Source of the DNA: Octopus sinensis
Lineage: Eukaryota
Direction of reading: 5' to 3'
Length of the DNA: 64,000 nt
Assembly: GCF_006345805.1 (NCBI RefSeq)
Contig: NC_042997.1
Coordinates: 73,470,001-73,534,000, forward strand
The notes beneath the pieces were generated by a model. The model worked only from the letters and a program-made list of their open reading frames with translations, was not told where the DNA came from and did not search any database. The position numbers and the translations under genes are program-made. Below are positions 1 through 13,735 of the stretch, piece by piece; position 1 is the first letter of the stretch, and each line of letters opens with the position of its first letter.

Positions 1-269
1 GTGTAGGTAGTCATGAATGGAGAAACCAGTTGAATGTTAAATTATTTAGGAATAAGAGTTAGAACTAAATATTAGGGGATTTTATAGGTTAATGTTTAAA
101 AATGAATTAAGGGTAAGGTTAATAGAGGAGATATACATGGGTAATATACATGGGTACCTGTATGTGAGTGTTATGCGTGGGGAGTAAATTTACATTTGGA
201 TTTATGGAAGAATTTAAAAGTGCGGAAGAATTTGTGTTTACATGTTGTGAAGGCTTCGTTTTGTTTGTT

Positions 270-640
270 AAGCCATTGCGGTGAGTTATGGTTTCAAATT
301 TTGAGGGCTTCTTTTAGACAGAGTCCATAAGTGGAGCACTGGCCCTGATATGGGATGCTAGAATCTATTATAGCCTAGGATAACCTATATTGTATTTTTC
401 TATTAATTAGATGGTGTACGTGGCTGGCTAGTGATGTGGAATTGCTATGCTCTATATATCTAAACGAGTTCAAATGTGCATAATATGTACTTAAAATTTG
501 TATAATCCAATATAGTAACTATTGGAGTTATTTACTATGTTGCGAACGGTGTATTGGTATGCGACGTTGAATCTTCTGCAATGGGCTTGCAGCGGGCAGT
601 CGGTCCCAGATCTGCAGTTGCAGCTATCAGTTCTACAATG
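270..640 (-). mobile_element. Degenerate Penelope-like element, GIY-YIG endonuclease region
   Basis: Manual minus-strand translation gives SCNCRSGTDCPLQAHCRRFNVAYQYTV...YYIGLY, then (across frameshifts) ...TSLASHVHHL...YGLCLKEALKI. This matches the CNCR-x4-CPL...YIG...LCLxE pattern of PLE endonucleases. Stops and frameshifts are present. Confidence 0.7.
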
Positions 641-769
641 GTTAGTTGAAGAGAGGGATAAGGTAGTGCTACGAGTAAGGCAAGCTAAACGCTAAGGTTG
701 TATTAGATTAATCGTTCATGATATTGCTGTTATCTTTGCCGTTATTTCAATAAACAATATCAACGCTAT

Positions 770-775
770 CGTTGC

Positions 776-859
<84 letters not shown>

Positions 860-860
860 A
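770..860. repeat. (ATT)n microsatellite
   Basis: Direct reading. Confidence 0.95.
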
Positions 861-1228
861 TTGTCATTATTGTTATCGCCATCTTTACAGCAATTACCCA
901 CCGTACCTAGTCTTTTACATCAGCCGTGAACTAAACCCCCATATTTTGTGTATATATGTGTGTGTGTGTGTGTGTGTAAGTATATATATATATATATGTG
1001 TGTGTATATAAAAAGAAAAACATGTTTGATACTCACAGACCTAGGTTTCTGGGGAGTTACCCGTCCATGTATGTATATATGTATGTATTCTGTCATTATA
1101 GCTGTGAATCCAGAAAATAATAGTGGTGCAACTTTCTATAGCTTCTCCGGAGCCACTAAAATGAAGAGTATATTTATTTGGGAAAGTATTTATAATAGAG
1201 TTTGTTACATTCAGAACGATATGTATCG

Positions 1229-1263
<35 letters not shown>

Positions 1264-1429
1264 TGCAGCGTGGAAGGTGTTTATAAGCCATTTAAGAAAC
1301 ACACAAAAGCCGTTCGATTCACTTCAACATTTAAGTTTAATTTGTCAAAATATTTTCGTCGCTAAAATCCGCGACCTGTTCACTGACAAAGTCCGTGCTG
1401 CATCTAAGAAAGTAACAGTTAGTTCGTCA

Positions 1430-2240
1430 TATATATGTACGTATGTATGTGTGTATGTATGCATACATGTGTGTATGTATGTACGTATGCATGTACGCAC
1501 ATACGCCTGTGTATGCATGTATGTATGTATGTATGTATGTATGTATGTATGTATGTATGTATGTATGTATGTATGTATGTATGTATGTATGTATGTGTGT
1601 GTATATGCACGCACATACACTCTATAAAACATAAAGCTATAAACCTGTAGCGATGGATGGATGTAGAGTGACCACGCATCACAAAGCTATCAAATTTCAA
1701 CTTCCTACGGCCGAAGCTAGAAAGTGATTTATGACGCTTACTCCCAAAACTATACCCTAAAATCTATTATCAGATTTTTATCTCTATATCACAGAACTAA
1801 TGTTTTACTATTGTGCGTATGTATGTATGTATGTGCGCATGTATGTATGTATGTATGTATGTATGTATGTATGTATGTATGTATGTATGTGTGTATGTAT
1901 GTGTGTATGTACATACGTACACATGTGCGTATGTATGTATACGGGCTCGTGTGCATGTGCCCATGTATGTGTGTGCGTACATGTACGTGCGTATGTACGT
2001 GTGTATGCCCATACGTAGGTATGTATGTATGTTTGTATTCATGTGCTACGTATGTATGTGAGTGTCTAGGAGAATGGGCAGATGTGTCTGTGAGAGTGTG
2101 TACATGTGTATGTGTATGTGAACGTATGTCCGTGTACTGGCATGTGTCCGTCCAAGTTGTGTACATGACTGTTACTTTGCTGAAGGTTGTATACATATTT
2201 ACATATATGTTTGTATAGACGCACACACACATATATATAT
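1430..2240. repeat. Compound (TATG)n/(TG)n microsatellite field interrupted by a short interspersed repeat (~1650-1800)
   Basis: Direct reading; source of the MYVC/HTYI pseudo-ORFs. Confidence 0.9.
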
Positions 2241-2497
2241 GTGTGTGGGTGTGTGTTTGTTCCTCTCATCATCGTCTAACCGTGAATGGATACAACGCCC
2301 TGGTGCAACTGTTCGTATCAAACAACGTCTGCTCATACCGTTATATATAACTGCACATACGCGTTGTAACCCGTATGTAAGGACTACAGGTAAAAGGGAG
2401 GGAGAGAGAGGGGTGGTTATAGAATAGTCCTTCTGAATGGGATCTGGATGTTATTCCATTCGGACTTTCGGTTGAGAGTATGTTTGTATTCTTGTAT

Positions 2498-2581
<84 letters not shown>

Positions 2582-2631
2582 ATATATATATACATATTTA
2601 TATATATGTATCGTATTAACTATATATATAT

Positions 2632-3999
2632 ATAATAGAAATATTAAAATTACTAAGTCTCTTTAAAAGAGATTACGACAGCGTTTCTGGAAATTAATAG
2701 TTATCGCCATACTAATATGGGATTCTTAAAAATAAGAATAAAGCTTTCGCTGATTAGCTCCATGAAGCCATCGCCTCAAGCTAGCTACTTGACACACAAA
2801 CTGCGTCCGTTATTAAACCTTCGAACAGGGGAGGTCAGCCGCTTCAACCTGCTAGTCCGACAGCTACAGAGATGTTTCAGGGTTGTTGCCCCTTCTCAAT
2901 GCAGCGTAGTCAGACCTGCAGGTGACGCTACTGGCCGTCTCTGTTCGAAGATTTTACCTACTTACAGTGCAATACATCCACTTGTTTTCAATAATAGAAA
3001 TATTAAAATTACTAAGTCTATTTAAAAGAGATTACGACAGCGTTTCTGGAAATTAATAGTTATCGCCATACTAATATGGCATTCTTAAAAATAAGAATAA
3101 AGCTGTCGCTGATTAGCTCCATGAAGCCATCGCCTCAAGCTAGCTACTTGACACACAAACTGCGTCCGTTATTAAACCTTCAAACAGGGGAGGTCAGCCG
3201 CTTCAACCTGCTAGTCCGACAGCTACAGACATGTTTCAGGGTTGTTGCCCCTTCTCAATGCAGCGTAGTCAACCTGCAGGTGACGCTACTGACCGTCTCT
3301 GATCGAAGATTTTACCTAGAGACTTAGTAATTTTAATATTTCTATTATTGAAAACAAGTGGATGTATTCCACCGTAACTAGGTAAAATCTTCGAACAGAG
3401 ACGGCCAGTAGCGTCACCTGCAGGTCTGACTACGCTGCATTGAGAAGGGGCAACAACCCTGAAACATCTCTGTAGCTGTCGGACTAGCAGGTTGAAGCGG
3501 CTGACATCCCCTGTTCGAAGGTTTAATAACGGACGCAGTTTGTGTGTCAAGTAGCTAGCTTGAGGCGATGGCTTCATGGAGCTAATCAGCGACAGCTTTA
3601 TTCTTATTTTTAAGAATGCCATATTAGTATGGCGATAACTATTAATTTCCAGAAACGCTGTCGTAATCTCTTTTAAAGAGACTTAGTAATTTTAATATTT
3701 CTATTATTGAAAACAAGTGGATGTATTGCACCGTAACTAGGTAAAATTTCGAACAGAGACGGCCAGTAGCGTCACCTGCAGGTCTGACTACGCTGCATTG
3801 AGAAGGGGCAACAACCCTGAAACATCTCTGTAGCTGTCGGACTAGCAGGTTGAAGCGGCTGACCTCCCCTGTTCGAAGGTTTAATAACGGACGCAGTTTG
3901 TGTGTCAAGTAGCTAGCTTGAGGCGATGGCTTCATGGAGATAATCAGCGAAAGCTTTATTCTTATTTTTAAGAATCCCATATTAGTATGGCGATAACTA

Positions 4000-4003
<4 letters not shown>
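2632..4003. repeat. ~359-bp tandem array with an internal inversion near 3318, flanked by (TA)n
   Basis: Identical ORF starts at 2717 and 3076 (period 359). Reverse-complement copies run from ~3318 to 4003, and the same peptide appears in minus ORFs 3269-3622 and 3642-4121. Confidence 0.93.
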
Positions 4004-4087
<84 letters not shown>

Positions 4088-4149
4088 TTATATATATGCA
4101 TGTAAATGTATGTAAATACATGTATATATATGTACATATGTATATATAT

Positions 4150-4335
4150 AGTTACTCCAAAGAAGAAAACACAAAAAACACAACAACGCGAGGACGTGGA
4201 ACAAATATAGTATTATTGGACGCTCAGGAAAGAAGGAAAGAAGGAAGGTTTAGCGTTTCGAGCGGAGCTCTTCGTCAGAAACATAGGACAAAGAAAGATC
4301 CAGAGAAGGGAAGACAGAGAAAAAAATCCCCATCT
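4150..4335 (-). mobile_element. Interspersed repeat family 2 (Penelope pLTR-like) with a hammerhead motif at 4248-4282
   Basis: Minus strand reads GTTT-CTGACGA-A-GAGC-TCC-GCTC-GAAAC-GCT-AAAC. Homologous copies lie at 22650, 43190, 44504 and 59985. Confidence 0.75.
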
Positions 4336-5084
4336 ATGTGTGTATGTCTCTGTGCTTGTGTTGTGTTTGTCCCCCCCACCACCACCACCATCAATAGTTA
4401 AGAACTGTTGATGGCCTTTATACATTCCCGTAATTTAGCAGTTCGCCAAAAAGAAGCCGATAGAATAGGTACCAAGCGTTAAGAAATAAGTTTAAATATT
4501 GATTCGTTCGGTAGATCCTTCGAGGCAGTATGTTATTTCGCTTCGTTTATACTTAATACTTTATTTTTGTACAATATTAGATTTAGTTGAAGTAGAGATA
4601 TTATTACCAACATTGTAGGACTAATATAATTATCTATATACACTTTCATTCACAGAATTAAATAACTTTTTTAATACAAACTTCTATTTAGATTCATAAA
4701 TATAATAACCCATTTCGTACTTGTTTTGCCTTTCGCACAGCTAAACTTTTATAAATCCAACGTCTTTCAGAGATGTAAATTTAGATTCATGCTAGAACAT
4801 TACGGGAGATACAGCATTTTAATTGTTGTAGCTGAATCAATCTCCAAACCCAATCGATTTTATGCTCATTTTCTTGACGTTTTTTTAATAAAACATTTCC
4901 GTTCATTTAATTAGGATAGAGAGCATTGATTACTCTAACAGTTTAATTATGTGAAATTTATATGTTTCTTCTAATCATAATAAAAATTCGCGGTTTGTGA
5001 TAAGATTGACAGACATCTGTTCTACGATGTGTTGATGATCTGTTAATGGCTGGTTTTAATTCATGTATGCCTTGTTCTTGAAAT

Positions 5085-5400
5085 CCACCTGCAAGTGGCT
5101 GAACACCCCACAAACACGCGTACCCTTAACGTAATTCTGAGGGAGATTCGATGTGACACTGAATGTGACAGGGCTGGCCCTTTCAAATACAGGTACTACT
5201 CATTTTTGTCAGATGAGTGAAATAAAATATCTTGCTCAAGGATCCACCTTGATATCGAACTTCCAGCCTTACGATCGTGAGTCAAAGGCTCTAACATCCA
5301 TGACATGCCTCATAACGTATTATACGATCTGCGCGCGTGTGTGTGTGTGTATAGCAATCTTCCGTGCAGTTTCTATCTGTCAAATCCACTCATAACGCAC
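5085..5400. mobile_element. Probable SINE/LINE-tail interspersed repeat fragment
   Basis: Higher-GC block in AT-rich flanks that resembles other short interspersed repeat remnants; family not resolved. Confidence 0.4.
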
Positions 5401-5515
5401 TGTTTGTTTGTAATTGTGTATATGAATGTGTGTGCGTGTGAATATATATTTGTGATTTAGCAGAAAGTTAGATAAATATATCTTTCCTTTAATTTTCAAT
5501 AATATCCGGTTAATA

Positions 5516-5783
5516 CAGTTCTATATTTAACAGGTGAGTAATTATGTACATTATTTACATTTGAAGCATATTTGTCCTCATGTTGTTTGTTGTTAGCACA
5601 ACATTTCGTCTGATATACCCTCCTGCCATCATCAGGTGTCTTGGGGAAATTTCGAACCTGGATTCTCTTTCCTAAGGTATTTTTCGATGTTGTTGTTGTT
5701 TATTATTATTGTTTTCAGGTCACTACTTGAAATCGAACTCAGAATCTTGGGGTCAGTAGCCCGCGCTCTTAATCACTACGCCA
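5516..5783 (-). mobile_element. tRNA-head/hammerhead-tail SINE (family 1), copy a
   Basis: Minus strand: A box TGGCGTAGTGA, B box GAGTTCGATTT, short AAT/AAC linker, then GACAC-CTGATGA...GAAAT-GTT-GTG at 5596-5640. Collinear with the 35853 copy. Confidence 0.85.
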
Positions 5784-6999
5784 TTTGCCCGGCTGGATGG
5801 TATATCAGCCGAAACATTATGTTAACAACAAACAAGATGAGGACAAATATCTGTCAAATGTAAATAATGTATATCCAATAAAGTTTCAAATTTCCATGCA
5901 TGGACAATGCAAAGCATTGAAAATGCAATTTCATATGATTATATGAATCCAATTATATTTTAGTAATTTGTCCCCGTGTAGATATTCAGTACCGTACCTT
6001 TTGAATAGGTTGTAGAAGAGATCTTGTCGTGAACAGTAGAGAACTAATATAATAATCTGTATAACTTTCATATACTGAATTTAACAACGTTTATTTCCTT
6101 CATTATACTGATTTAAGTTTGAATTAATAAATATAATGCCCAGTTAATATTTGTTTATCTCGTCGGACAGCTAGATTGTAGTCTATCTGACATGTATCAG
6201 AGGTTTAAATTTTGATTCCCACACAGAATAATATCATGGGATATATAGCATTTTAATCATGTACGCTAAATCAATTTCCAAATGTGATCGATCTAATACT
6301 CATATTCTTGACTGTTTTTTTTTTATTATTAAAATATTTCCGTTCATTTACTTCAGATAGTGAGCATTGATTATTCTAAAACACTAAAGCATCTTTAGAA
6401 GCCATCATATTATTGATTTTCCTTTTCTACTCATAGTTATCTCCTGTTACATTTGAATGAACGCTAATAATCGACTATTTCTATAAAATTAACTTCTTTT
6501 CGGCACTTCATCTCTATCTATTCCTCCTTTACTTCTTTAACATCTAGTGCTAATTGATTTTCTACTTCAGTATTCTTACTTCTTAACTTTGCTTCAGATG
6601 ACAAAACAGTGTAATAGTAAATAAACTAAACTGGAGATTATGTGACCATAAATCCAAAGAATAACACTTGAAAACTGGCCATCAACTAGAGTTTCACAAT
6701 AACAGCCATAGACACAACAATATTTGTATTTGGAAATAAACTCAAAAGAAATTAGTGCGATACCTAGCGCTGTAAGGGCCTCTTAGACTTCAGCATGATG
6801 ACATTTGTATATGGTAACTATGAACATTCAACGGGTACATCTGTTCAAAACAAGGTCATAAATTTTCTTTAGCTATTACTATTCAGAAACTTGAATAAAT
6901 TAAAGAAAGTTAACAGAAATTGATATGTGAAACATTAAAGTATACTATATTTATATGTTACGGAGATGTACTTGCATAGCAAGTGACCTGATCTGAGAT

Positions 7000-7420
7000 C
7001 GTGTGCTGGAACGAAAACAATTTCAGCGTAGAAGGTGTTTATAAGCTTTCAAACACACAAAAACCATTAGATTCACTTCAACATTTAAATTTAGTTTGCC
7101 AAAATATTTTCGTTGCTTTGAGACCGCGACCTGTTCACTGACAAAACGGATTTCCATCGACGATTCTTTGCAGAAACATAAAGAAAATGACCATTTTTTT
7201 TTAACGAAAACGGTGACAAAGGACAAAAAATATGGAGAAGAGCTGCTAATCGCCACAAATAACCTCCAAAGCAGGGCTTCACCCAAATAAGATTATACTT
7301 TCAATTGGGAGAGCTTTCACGAGCTTGTTCCCACGGATAGGACCATCATTTCAGATTGTACAGTAACCAGCTAAATAAATTAAATGTAGCAAACTACCAG
7401 AAGCATCCAGCACTTGCTAA
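7000..7420. mobile_element. Interspersed non-autonomous repeat, related to 1262-1400 and 8120-8370
   Basis: Shares gaaggtgtttataagc...attcacttcaacatttaa...cgcgacctgttcactgacaaa with 1270-1390. 7140-7410 is duplicated with divergence at 8120-8370. Confidence 0.65.
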
Positions 7421-8699
7421 TTATAAGGGTAGAAAGAAAGAAAGAAAGAAAGAAAGAACTCTAGCTTACATGGATTCTATAGAATATACAGCATAAATGC
7501 AAACATGACTGTCGGCTGTCTATGGGTTTGAAGAAACAGGAAAATGCAATAATCATGACTGTTATGTTAAACGATGATTACAGGATTTTATGTTAATATT
7601 GGAATGGCCAAAAGTTTGGTTTTGCCGACACTAAATTTCAAAGCATCTAAGTCTGTCCTTTGTGCATGCGCACTCGTTAGATACTTGACAAGCCAACGTA
7701 GTTCGACGCGAACTTGCGACGAGACAGGTTGTAATTTGTGTACTTCGGATCACCCTGAAATTAGAGAACTAAAACGAAAATTATCGACAGGTCATGCATT
7801 TCTATTTTCAAAAAAAGGCAACAAAGCGGCGGGAGCCTACAGGAAGTTATGAGTTGTGCGTGGAAAGGAGGCTATTACGGAATATGTGTCAGAAGTGGCT
7901 TCGATCGAGAAATTGTTCAATTTAACATGCACTTCGCTCTGACCGGCCAGCTGATGCCATTGACTAAATGATGAAATTAGTCGACACCGACACTCGTTAT
8001 ACGATGAGAATGATCGTAGATGTTTTCCAAATATCCAAATTGTGTATTGAAAAATCATCTGCATCAACTTGGTTGTGTCAGCTTGTTCAATGTTTTGGTC
8101 TCAGATCAATTGAAAGAGGCTAACCTCATCCAACGGATTTCCATTGCAGAAACATAAAGAAAATGACCATTTTTTGAAGAAAACAATGATAAAGTAGAAA
8201 AAATGTGGAGAAGCGCTGCTAATCGCCACAAGAAGATTATACTTTCAATTGGAAGAGTGTCTTCTTTTACGAGTTTGTTCCTACGGACAGGACCATCATT
8301 TTAGATTTACAGTGACCAGCTAAATAAATTAAACGTAGCGAACTATCAGAAGCATCCAGCACTTGCTAATTATAAGGGCATTGACATTCATTACGATAAC
8401 ACCAGATTGCCCGCTTACTTGCAGACGCGGTAGAAGTTACTAGGATTTTGCTAGACGTTTGTGCTGCACTCTATATTTGCCCGACCTTACGCGTTCAGAT
8501 TTCCAATACTATCGGTCTCTTCAAAATTCATTGAGTGGACATACCTTCAACTCACAAAAGAGTGTAAAAATTCACCTGGAATAATTTTCGCCAGTAAAGA
8601 CAATACTTTGAGCAGGAAAAATCGTATCTGTCCACAAGATGGCAGTCGATTCTGGAACGAAATGGTAATTATATGATTGATAGAATAAATCGCTTTTTT

Positions 8700-11100
8700 G
8701 TTTGGAGGTAGAAGATATTGCAAGAGCAAGAAAGTAGATTCTGTTATCAGTAGGATAGATAATGAAAATATATGTGACATTACTTATGGATTTATGCAGG
8801 AGGGATAGTAGTTACTAGCAAACAAAAATTCCTCAAGAGAAGAATAAAGGAGCAGGAGTGGAAAGGGAGACTAGAAAAACACTCTAAGACAAGATCTAAG
8901 TAGAATAGAAGCCTAGAAACAGAATAAGTTAGGAAACAAAAGATTTAACTCCTCTTGAGAGAAAATATATAGTCAAAGGGTTAGGATAGTCATGGAAGAA
9001 ATGAGACAGTATTATAGTAATAATAAGTAAGATTTCAAGGAATCAGAAAAAGAATAGGAGAGTAACAACAGATCAGGTTTTTTGAGATAGACCAGAGGAG
9101 ATTTTATCGTAGTATAGAAGAAACTACAGAAGATGAGAAGCTTAATGCAAAGAAGCTTACAAAGTTCTGGAGTGATATTTAGGAAAAGCCTGTTAATCAG
9201 CATGAAGACTGCAGCATGAGTACAGAAAACGAGATAAAAGCAGTCAGATTCAACACCAACTTGTGCATTAATGGGTAAAGTGCTAAGAAGAATGCCGAAC
9301 TGGAAGGGTTCAGGACCAGATTTAGTTCAAGGGTACTGGTTAAAAAAATTTAGCAGCTTACACGAGAGACTGAGGGAACAACTTCAGGATTGCCTGAACA
9401 GAGGAGTTGTAACTAACTGGGTGACTACATGTAGAACAGTACTTCTTATGAAAGACAAAAGCACTGATGTGAAAGTTGTTAACAGGAATGCTCTAAGAAA
9501 GCAATTATGAGCACCTTGACAACCAGAATTTACTTCGAGAACAGGAAAGTAGCAGGAAGACGGCGAGAGGAACGCATGATCTATTATACATAGAAAAAGC
9601 AGTCCTAAGACAAGTAAATTCTATAAAGAAAAAAATGGATAGATTACAAGAAAGCGTATGACATGATTCCACACTCATAGGTAAGTCAAGTTTTGAGAAT
9701 ATTCAGTATTGTAGACAACACAAGAAAGTTAATTAGCTATAACATGAAGAAATGGAAAGTAGATATCTACTCAGGTGATAGAGCTTTAGGGAGATAGTAA
9801 TTTTCTAGAAAGATTTGTTATCACCTTTAATATTTGTGTTGTGTTTAATCAGTTTAGTATAATGAAAGGCAAAGGCAGGGTATCAGCTTAGAGATAGTAA
9901 AGTAAAAATTAACCATTTGTTCTGCATGGATGATCTAAAGCTCTTTAGCATGAATAAAATGAGATAGATTCCTTTATACAAACTGTAAGACACTGTAGCA
10001 AAGATACAGGCATGGAATTTGGCATAGATAAGTGCACAATATTAATCATAAATATGGAGCAAGTAGTCAGCAGTGAAGGCATCCAATTACCAGATGGTTG
10101 GACATTAAATTCACTGAAAGAAGGTGAAAGTTATAAGTATCTAGGATTATTATAATCTGACAAAGTACTGAAAATTGAGGTGTACATCAGAAGGGTAAGG
10201 AGGCTAATGAAGTCAAAGCTAAATGGTCCGAATCTAATGAAGGCTGTAAATACTTGGAAAGTATCATTACTTAGATACTCAGAAGCTTTTGTAGATTGGA
10301 AAACAATCTGAATTAATAATTTTAGACAGATCAGCTAGGAAGGAATTTAATGAGTGGAAGATTTCATCCTAGAGCAGGAGTAAAAAGACTATATTTACCT
10401 AGAAAGGAAGGTGGAAAAGGATGAATATCAGTAGAAAATTGCATAGAGTTAGCTCGAGCAGATATAGTTTCCTATGTAGGTAATAGTGAGAAAATTTTAT
10501 TAAGAGTGGCTAGAGTAACTGTGAGAGAAACCAAAAAGCCGAATGTGGTTAAAAAGCGGATAAAAGAAGAGAGAATATCGGACAGGCAAGGGAAGGCTTT
10601 GCATCATAGATTTCCAAAGACAGCAACAGAAAATAGTAATAGTAAGACACAGTTGGAGTTGCAGAAAGGAAGGCTGAAAAGGGAGGCAGAAAATTTATTT
10701 GTAGTAGCTCAAGATCAGTCTTTGGGGACTAATTAGATAAAACTCATCATAGACAAAAATCAGATAGATTCCCAATGTAGGTTAAGTAATACAAAGAAGG
10801 AAAGTATTAGGTGTTATTCATGTAGTTAGTGAATGTAGTATATTGGAACAGAAAGAATAAATGAAAAGACATGACATCCTAGGGAGAATAATCCACTGAG
10901 GGTTGTGCAGCTAGGATTTAAACATACTGATATGTGGTACGAACATGAAACTAGTAAAGTGCTAGAAATATAAGAAATATAAGATGTTATGTGAATTAAC
11001 ATTCATACTGACAGAGTAATAAAAGCTATAAAGTCTGATTTAGTATTATTAGAAAAAGAGAAGAGAAAGTGCCAGGTAATTGACATTACATCAAAACAAC
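8700..11100 (+). mobile_element. Degenerate R4/Dong-clade non-LTR retrotransposon (RT plus C-terminal region)
   Basis: ORF 9271 RMPNWKGSGPDLVQGYWLKKF; downstream NHLFCMDDLKLF (RT YxDD-like region); ORF 10506 KREAENLFVVAQDQSLGTN. Many stops and frameshifts. Same family as 32570-35650. Confidence 0.88.
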
Positions 11101-12349
11101 AAAATCATCAAAATTACTTCTTTGGTTCTTTCCACCTTTCGTAAAAATTTGTAGGAGGCAAAACTCTTTTTCTACCTTCTTTTTAATGTTGTACTTGAAA
11201 TAGTTGATGGGAGCTTAGTCAAAGAGGAAAATAATTAAACTCAAATGGCTTTATAGCATTTTATTTCTTTGATCTTGAGTCGCAAAAGACTGTCGGTGTA
11301 GGTGTCGAAGTTCAATGTTTCCAGACTACCGGCACTCGTGATCTGTTCATCGCATGCTACTGGAAAACTAGAAATATCAGCATAGAGTCGGATTGTACGC
11401 TATCGTTTCGGTCAGTCAAATACTCAGTTGTAGATTTGTCTCCACGCAGTGTCTTTTCTACCTTGACCTATCATGCTTCAATGCACACGGTCTAGTTTGA
11501 CATGTATTTCCTATCAGAGATATACGCAAGCTCCATTCTTGCTTCCCGTACATCATTTGTTTTGCATCGTCAATGAGCTCTTCCTCTACTATTCTCTATA
11601 GTCTCCCTTTGTTATTTTCTGTTTAGCGAGACTTCCCTACCTGTTGTTCGTGGATCCCTTCAGTTTTTAAACTAGCTTGCTAAAATCCTGCCTATCTGAA
11701 AGCGGAATACTTACTCTAAGCTTATCTCCAGACAGCTACTCTAATGTAACAATCAATGCGAAAATTGTAACATGCGAGATGTCACATACCTTTCGTGTCA
11801 GATACTCCCACTCAATGCCAGAATGCATTCCAGTCACCAACAAACACTAACGAACAAAATGTTCATAAGCAACTATAGAAATCTGGCTGCGCAACTCTTG
11901 GTGGAGCGTAAATCGTCGAGTTCACTTTTGTTTACGTTTAAGACCATCGATTTTACCATCTGAGAACAGGAAAACCGTACTTGTATTTATATCCAAGACT
12001 TTACGAAACAACACGCATGTTTGAGTATGGTAGCTATCACGGTGACCAATCTGGTTTCTCTGATAGTTATCACAGCCAGACGTAATGTACATTTGTACCA
12101 CCTTTCCTCAGTATGGCCATTTTAGGAAGAGAAAATGAAATCTTCATATCCAGAATTTTTAATGTTTCGCATTATGTAGCATTTGATTTTTTTGTGAGCA
12201 GTTCACTTCAAGTGTGATTCTCACCAGAAGATTTTATTTTACGTTTTAAATAGATAAGACATCATAGTTTTCACCTGTGGTTAAAATTTTGTCTTTGAAT
12301 GTACCAAAGTTTACCAAATTTTCGACCTATATTCGAAGAACTATGTAGG

Positions 12350-13000
12350 TAAACAGTTTATTTGTGAGTTGTCATTCTCTGTTCTGTTTTTGCTAATGTT
12401 CTTATTGTTGTGATGATGACTGATGCAGGCATTGGTATGTTTCGATGTTTCTCTTTGTATGTTGTGGCGGAGATGATAGTCTTTTTGTTCTTGATTCTGC
12501 TTTGGTGTCGCTGTTGTTTATTTTTCTCTGGTTGATACAATGACTCTTGGTTGTTGTTGTTGTTCTTGTGACTTTTACTGAGTCAGGTCTCTTGATTCTT
12601 TATTCGGACCTCTCCTCTTTTTTCCAGCTCTTTAAATATCTTCCGTTTCTTCATTTTGGGCTCTACCTTGTAACTTACATGTTCGAAGGTTCAGAAAGTG
12701 CAGAGGTTAAGTTCGAATTTGCACATTCTAAGGTTAGATTTGCCTATTTTGTTTTTTGGTCTGGCGGAGAATTCTTTCTCTAAATATGTGAGCAAATTGT
12801 TGTTGTTTCTGCTGTTGTCGTTATTGATCTTGTTGTTGTCGCAATCGGTGTGATGGTAAGAGTTGTAGACAGAAAAAATCTACTTTCATTTTTCTCTTCC
12901 ATGGACCATGTTTTCCAACATATTTAGCACTTTGAAAGAGTGACCCAGGATGCAACTTAGTTCCTCATGCAACCAACATTTGTAACTCCAAACGAATTTC
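12350..13000 (-). mobile_element. Possible 5' ORF region of an R4/Dong-like element
   Basis: A-rich, Lys/Gln/Asn-rich minus strand with WTMEEK...FCL, resembling the N-terminal KWT-x-EE motif of this clade; heavily decayed. Confidence 0.35.
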
Positions 13001-13656
13001 CGATTTATTCTTTTGAATGATAGACCTCGGCCCTTTCAACACTTCATTTTCTTCTCTCTAGCCTGGTCCCCGTTTATTGCATATGGTGACTTGGATTTTG
13101 TTCATCCCTTATCCTAATTACTAGTGGGATTATTATAAAATGTTGAGAGGAAAAAAAATTTAGTGGCAACTCTTCTGGGATCCTTTTCACTGTTGCAGAT
13201 AATATAATCACCCTATATTGCTTCCATCTCATTAGGTAGGGTGACTGTGCACTAAATATTCAGTAAGTATTTTACTCTCTATGCTACGCGTGTATATTGC
13301 AGCTTTTGCTCTTGCCCATTCTTTTCTCGGATGCTAATTAGTACTTCGGGTGAGGTTTAATAAACCCTGAGCGTGTTAATCGATCTTTCCTTATTGTTGA
13401 TTAATTGCGTTACTGCTTCCGTTTAGCTGTTGTTGTGCCGTCGTTGCTTCTGCTGCTGCTGATGTTGATGATGATTACTTTTGTTTTCTGTATCCATTGT
13501 ATATGGTGATATCGTCAAGGCAACGGCAATGATACTTTTGGTTGTTATGGCAGGAGAGACGCCGGCAGTTTTAGCTCTGACGTTCTCCTGTACGCTCTGC
13601 ATTACCCATTTCTCTTTCTTTTGCTTCTTTCTTACACGTCCTCTTCTCTCTTTCTG

Positions 13657-13659
<3 letters not shown>

Positions 13660-13701
<42 letters not shown>

Positions 13702-13735
13702 TTTCTTTCTTTCTTTCTATCTATCTATCTCTCTA
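13660..13735. repeat. (CTTT)n/(CTAT)n microsatellite
   Basis: Direct reading. Confidence 0.9.

Noticed and set aside
716-2666. Many ORFs rich in MYVC, HTYI, IYIY or poly-N/I
   Set aside because: They are translations of (TATG)n, (TA)n and (AAT)n microsatellites. The same applies to similar ORFs throughout the window.
2717-3622. Repeated 83-117 aa [15 protein letters not shown]…
   Set aside because: It lies in a tandem repeat unit with variable ends and no recognisable domain or splice context. The 359-bp period matching a Drosophila satellite length is treated as coincidence.
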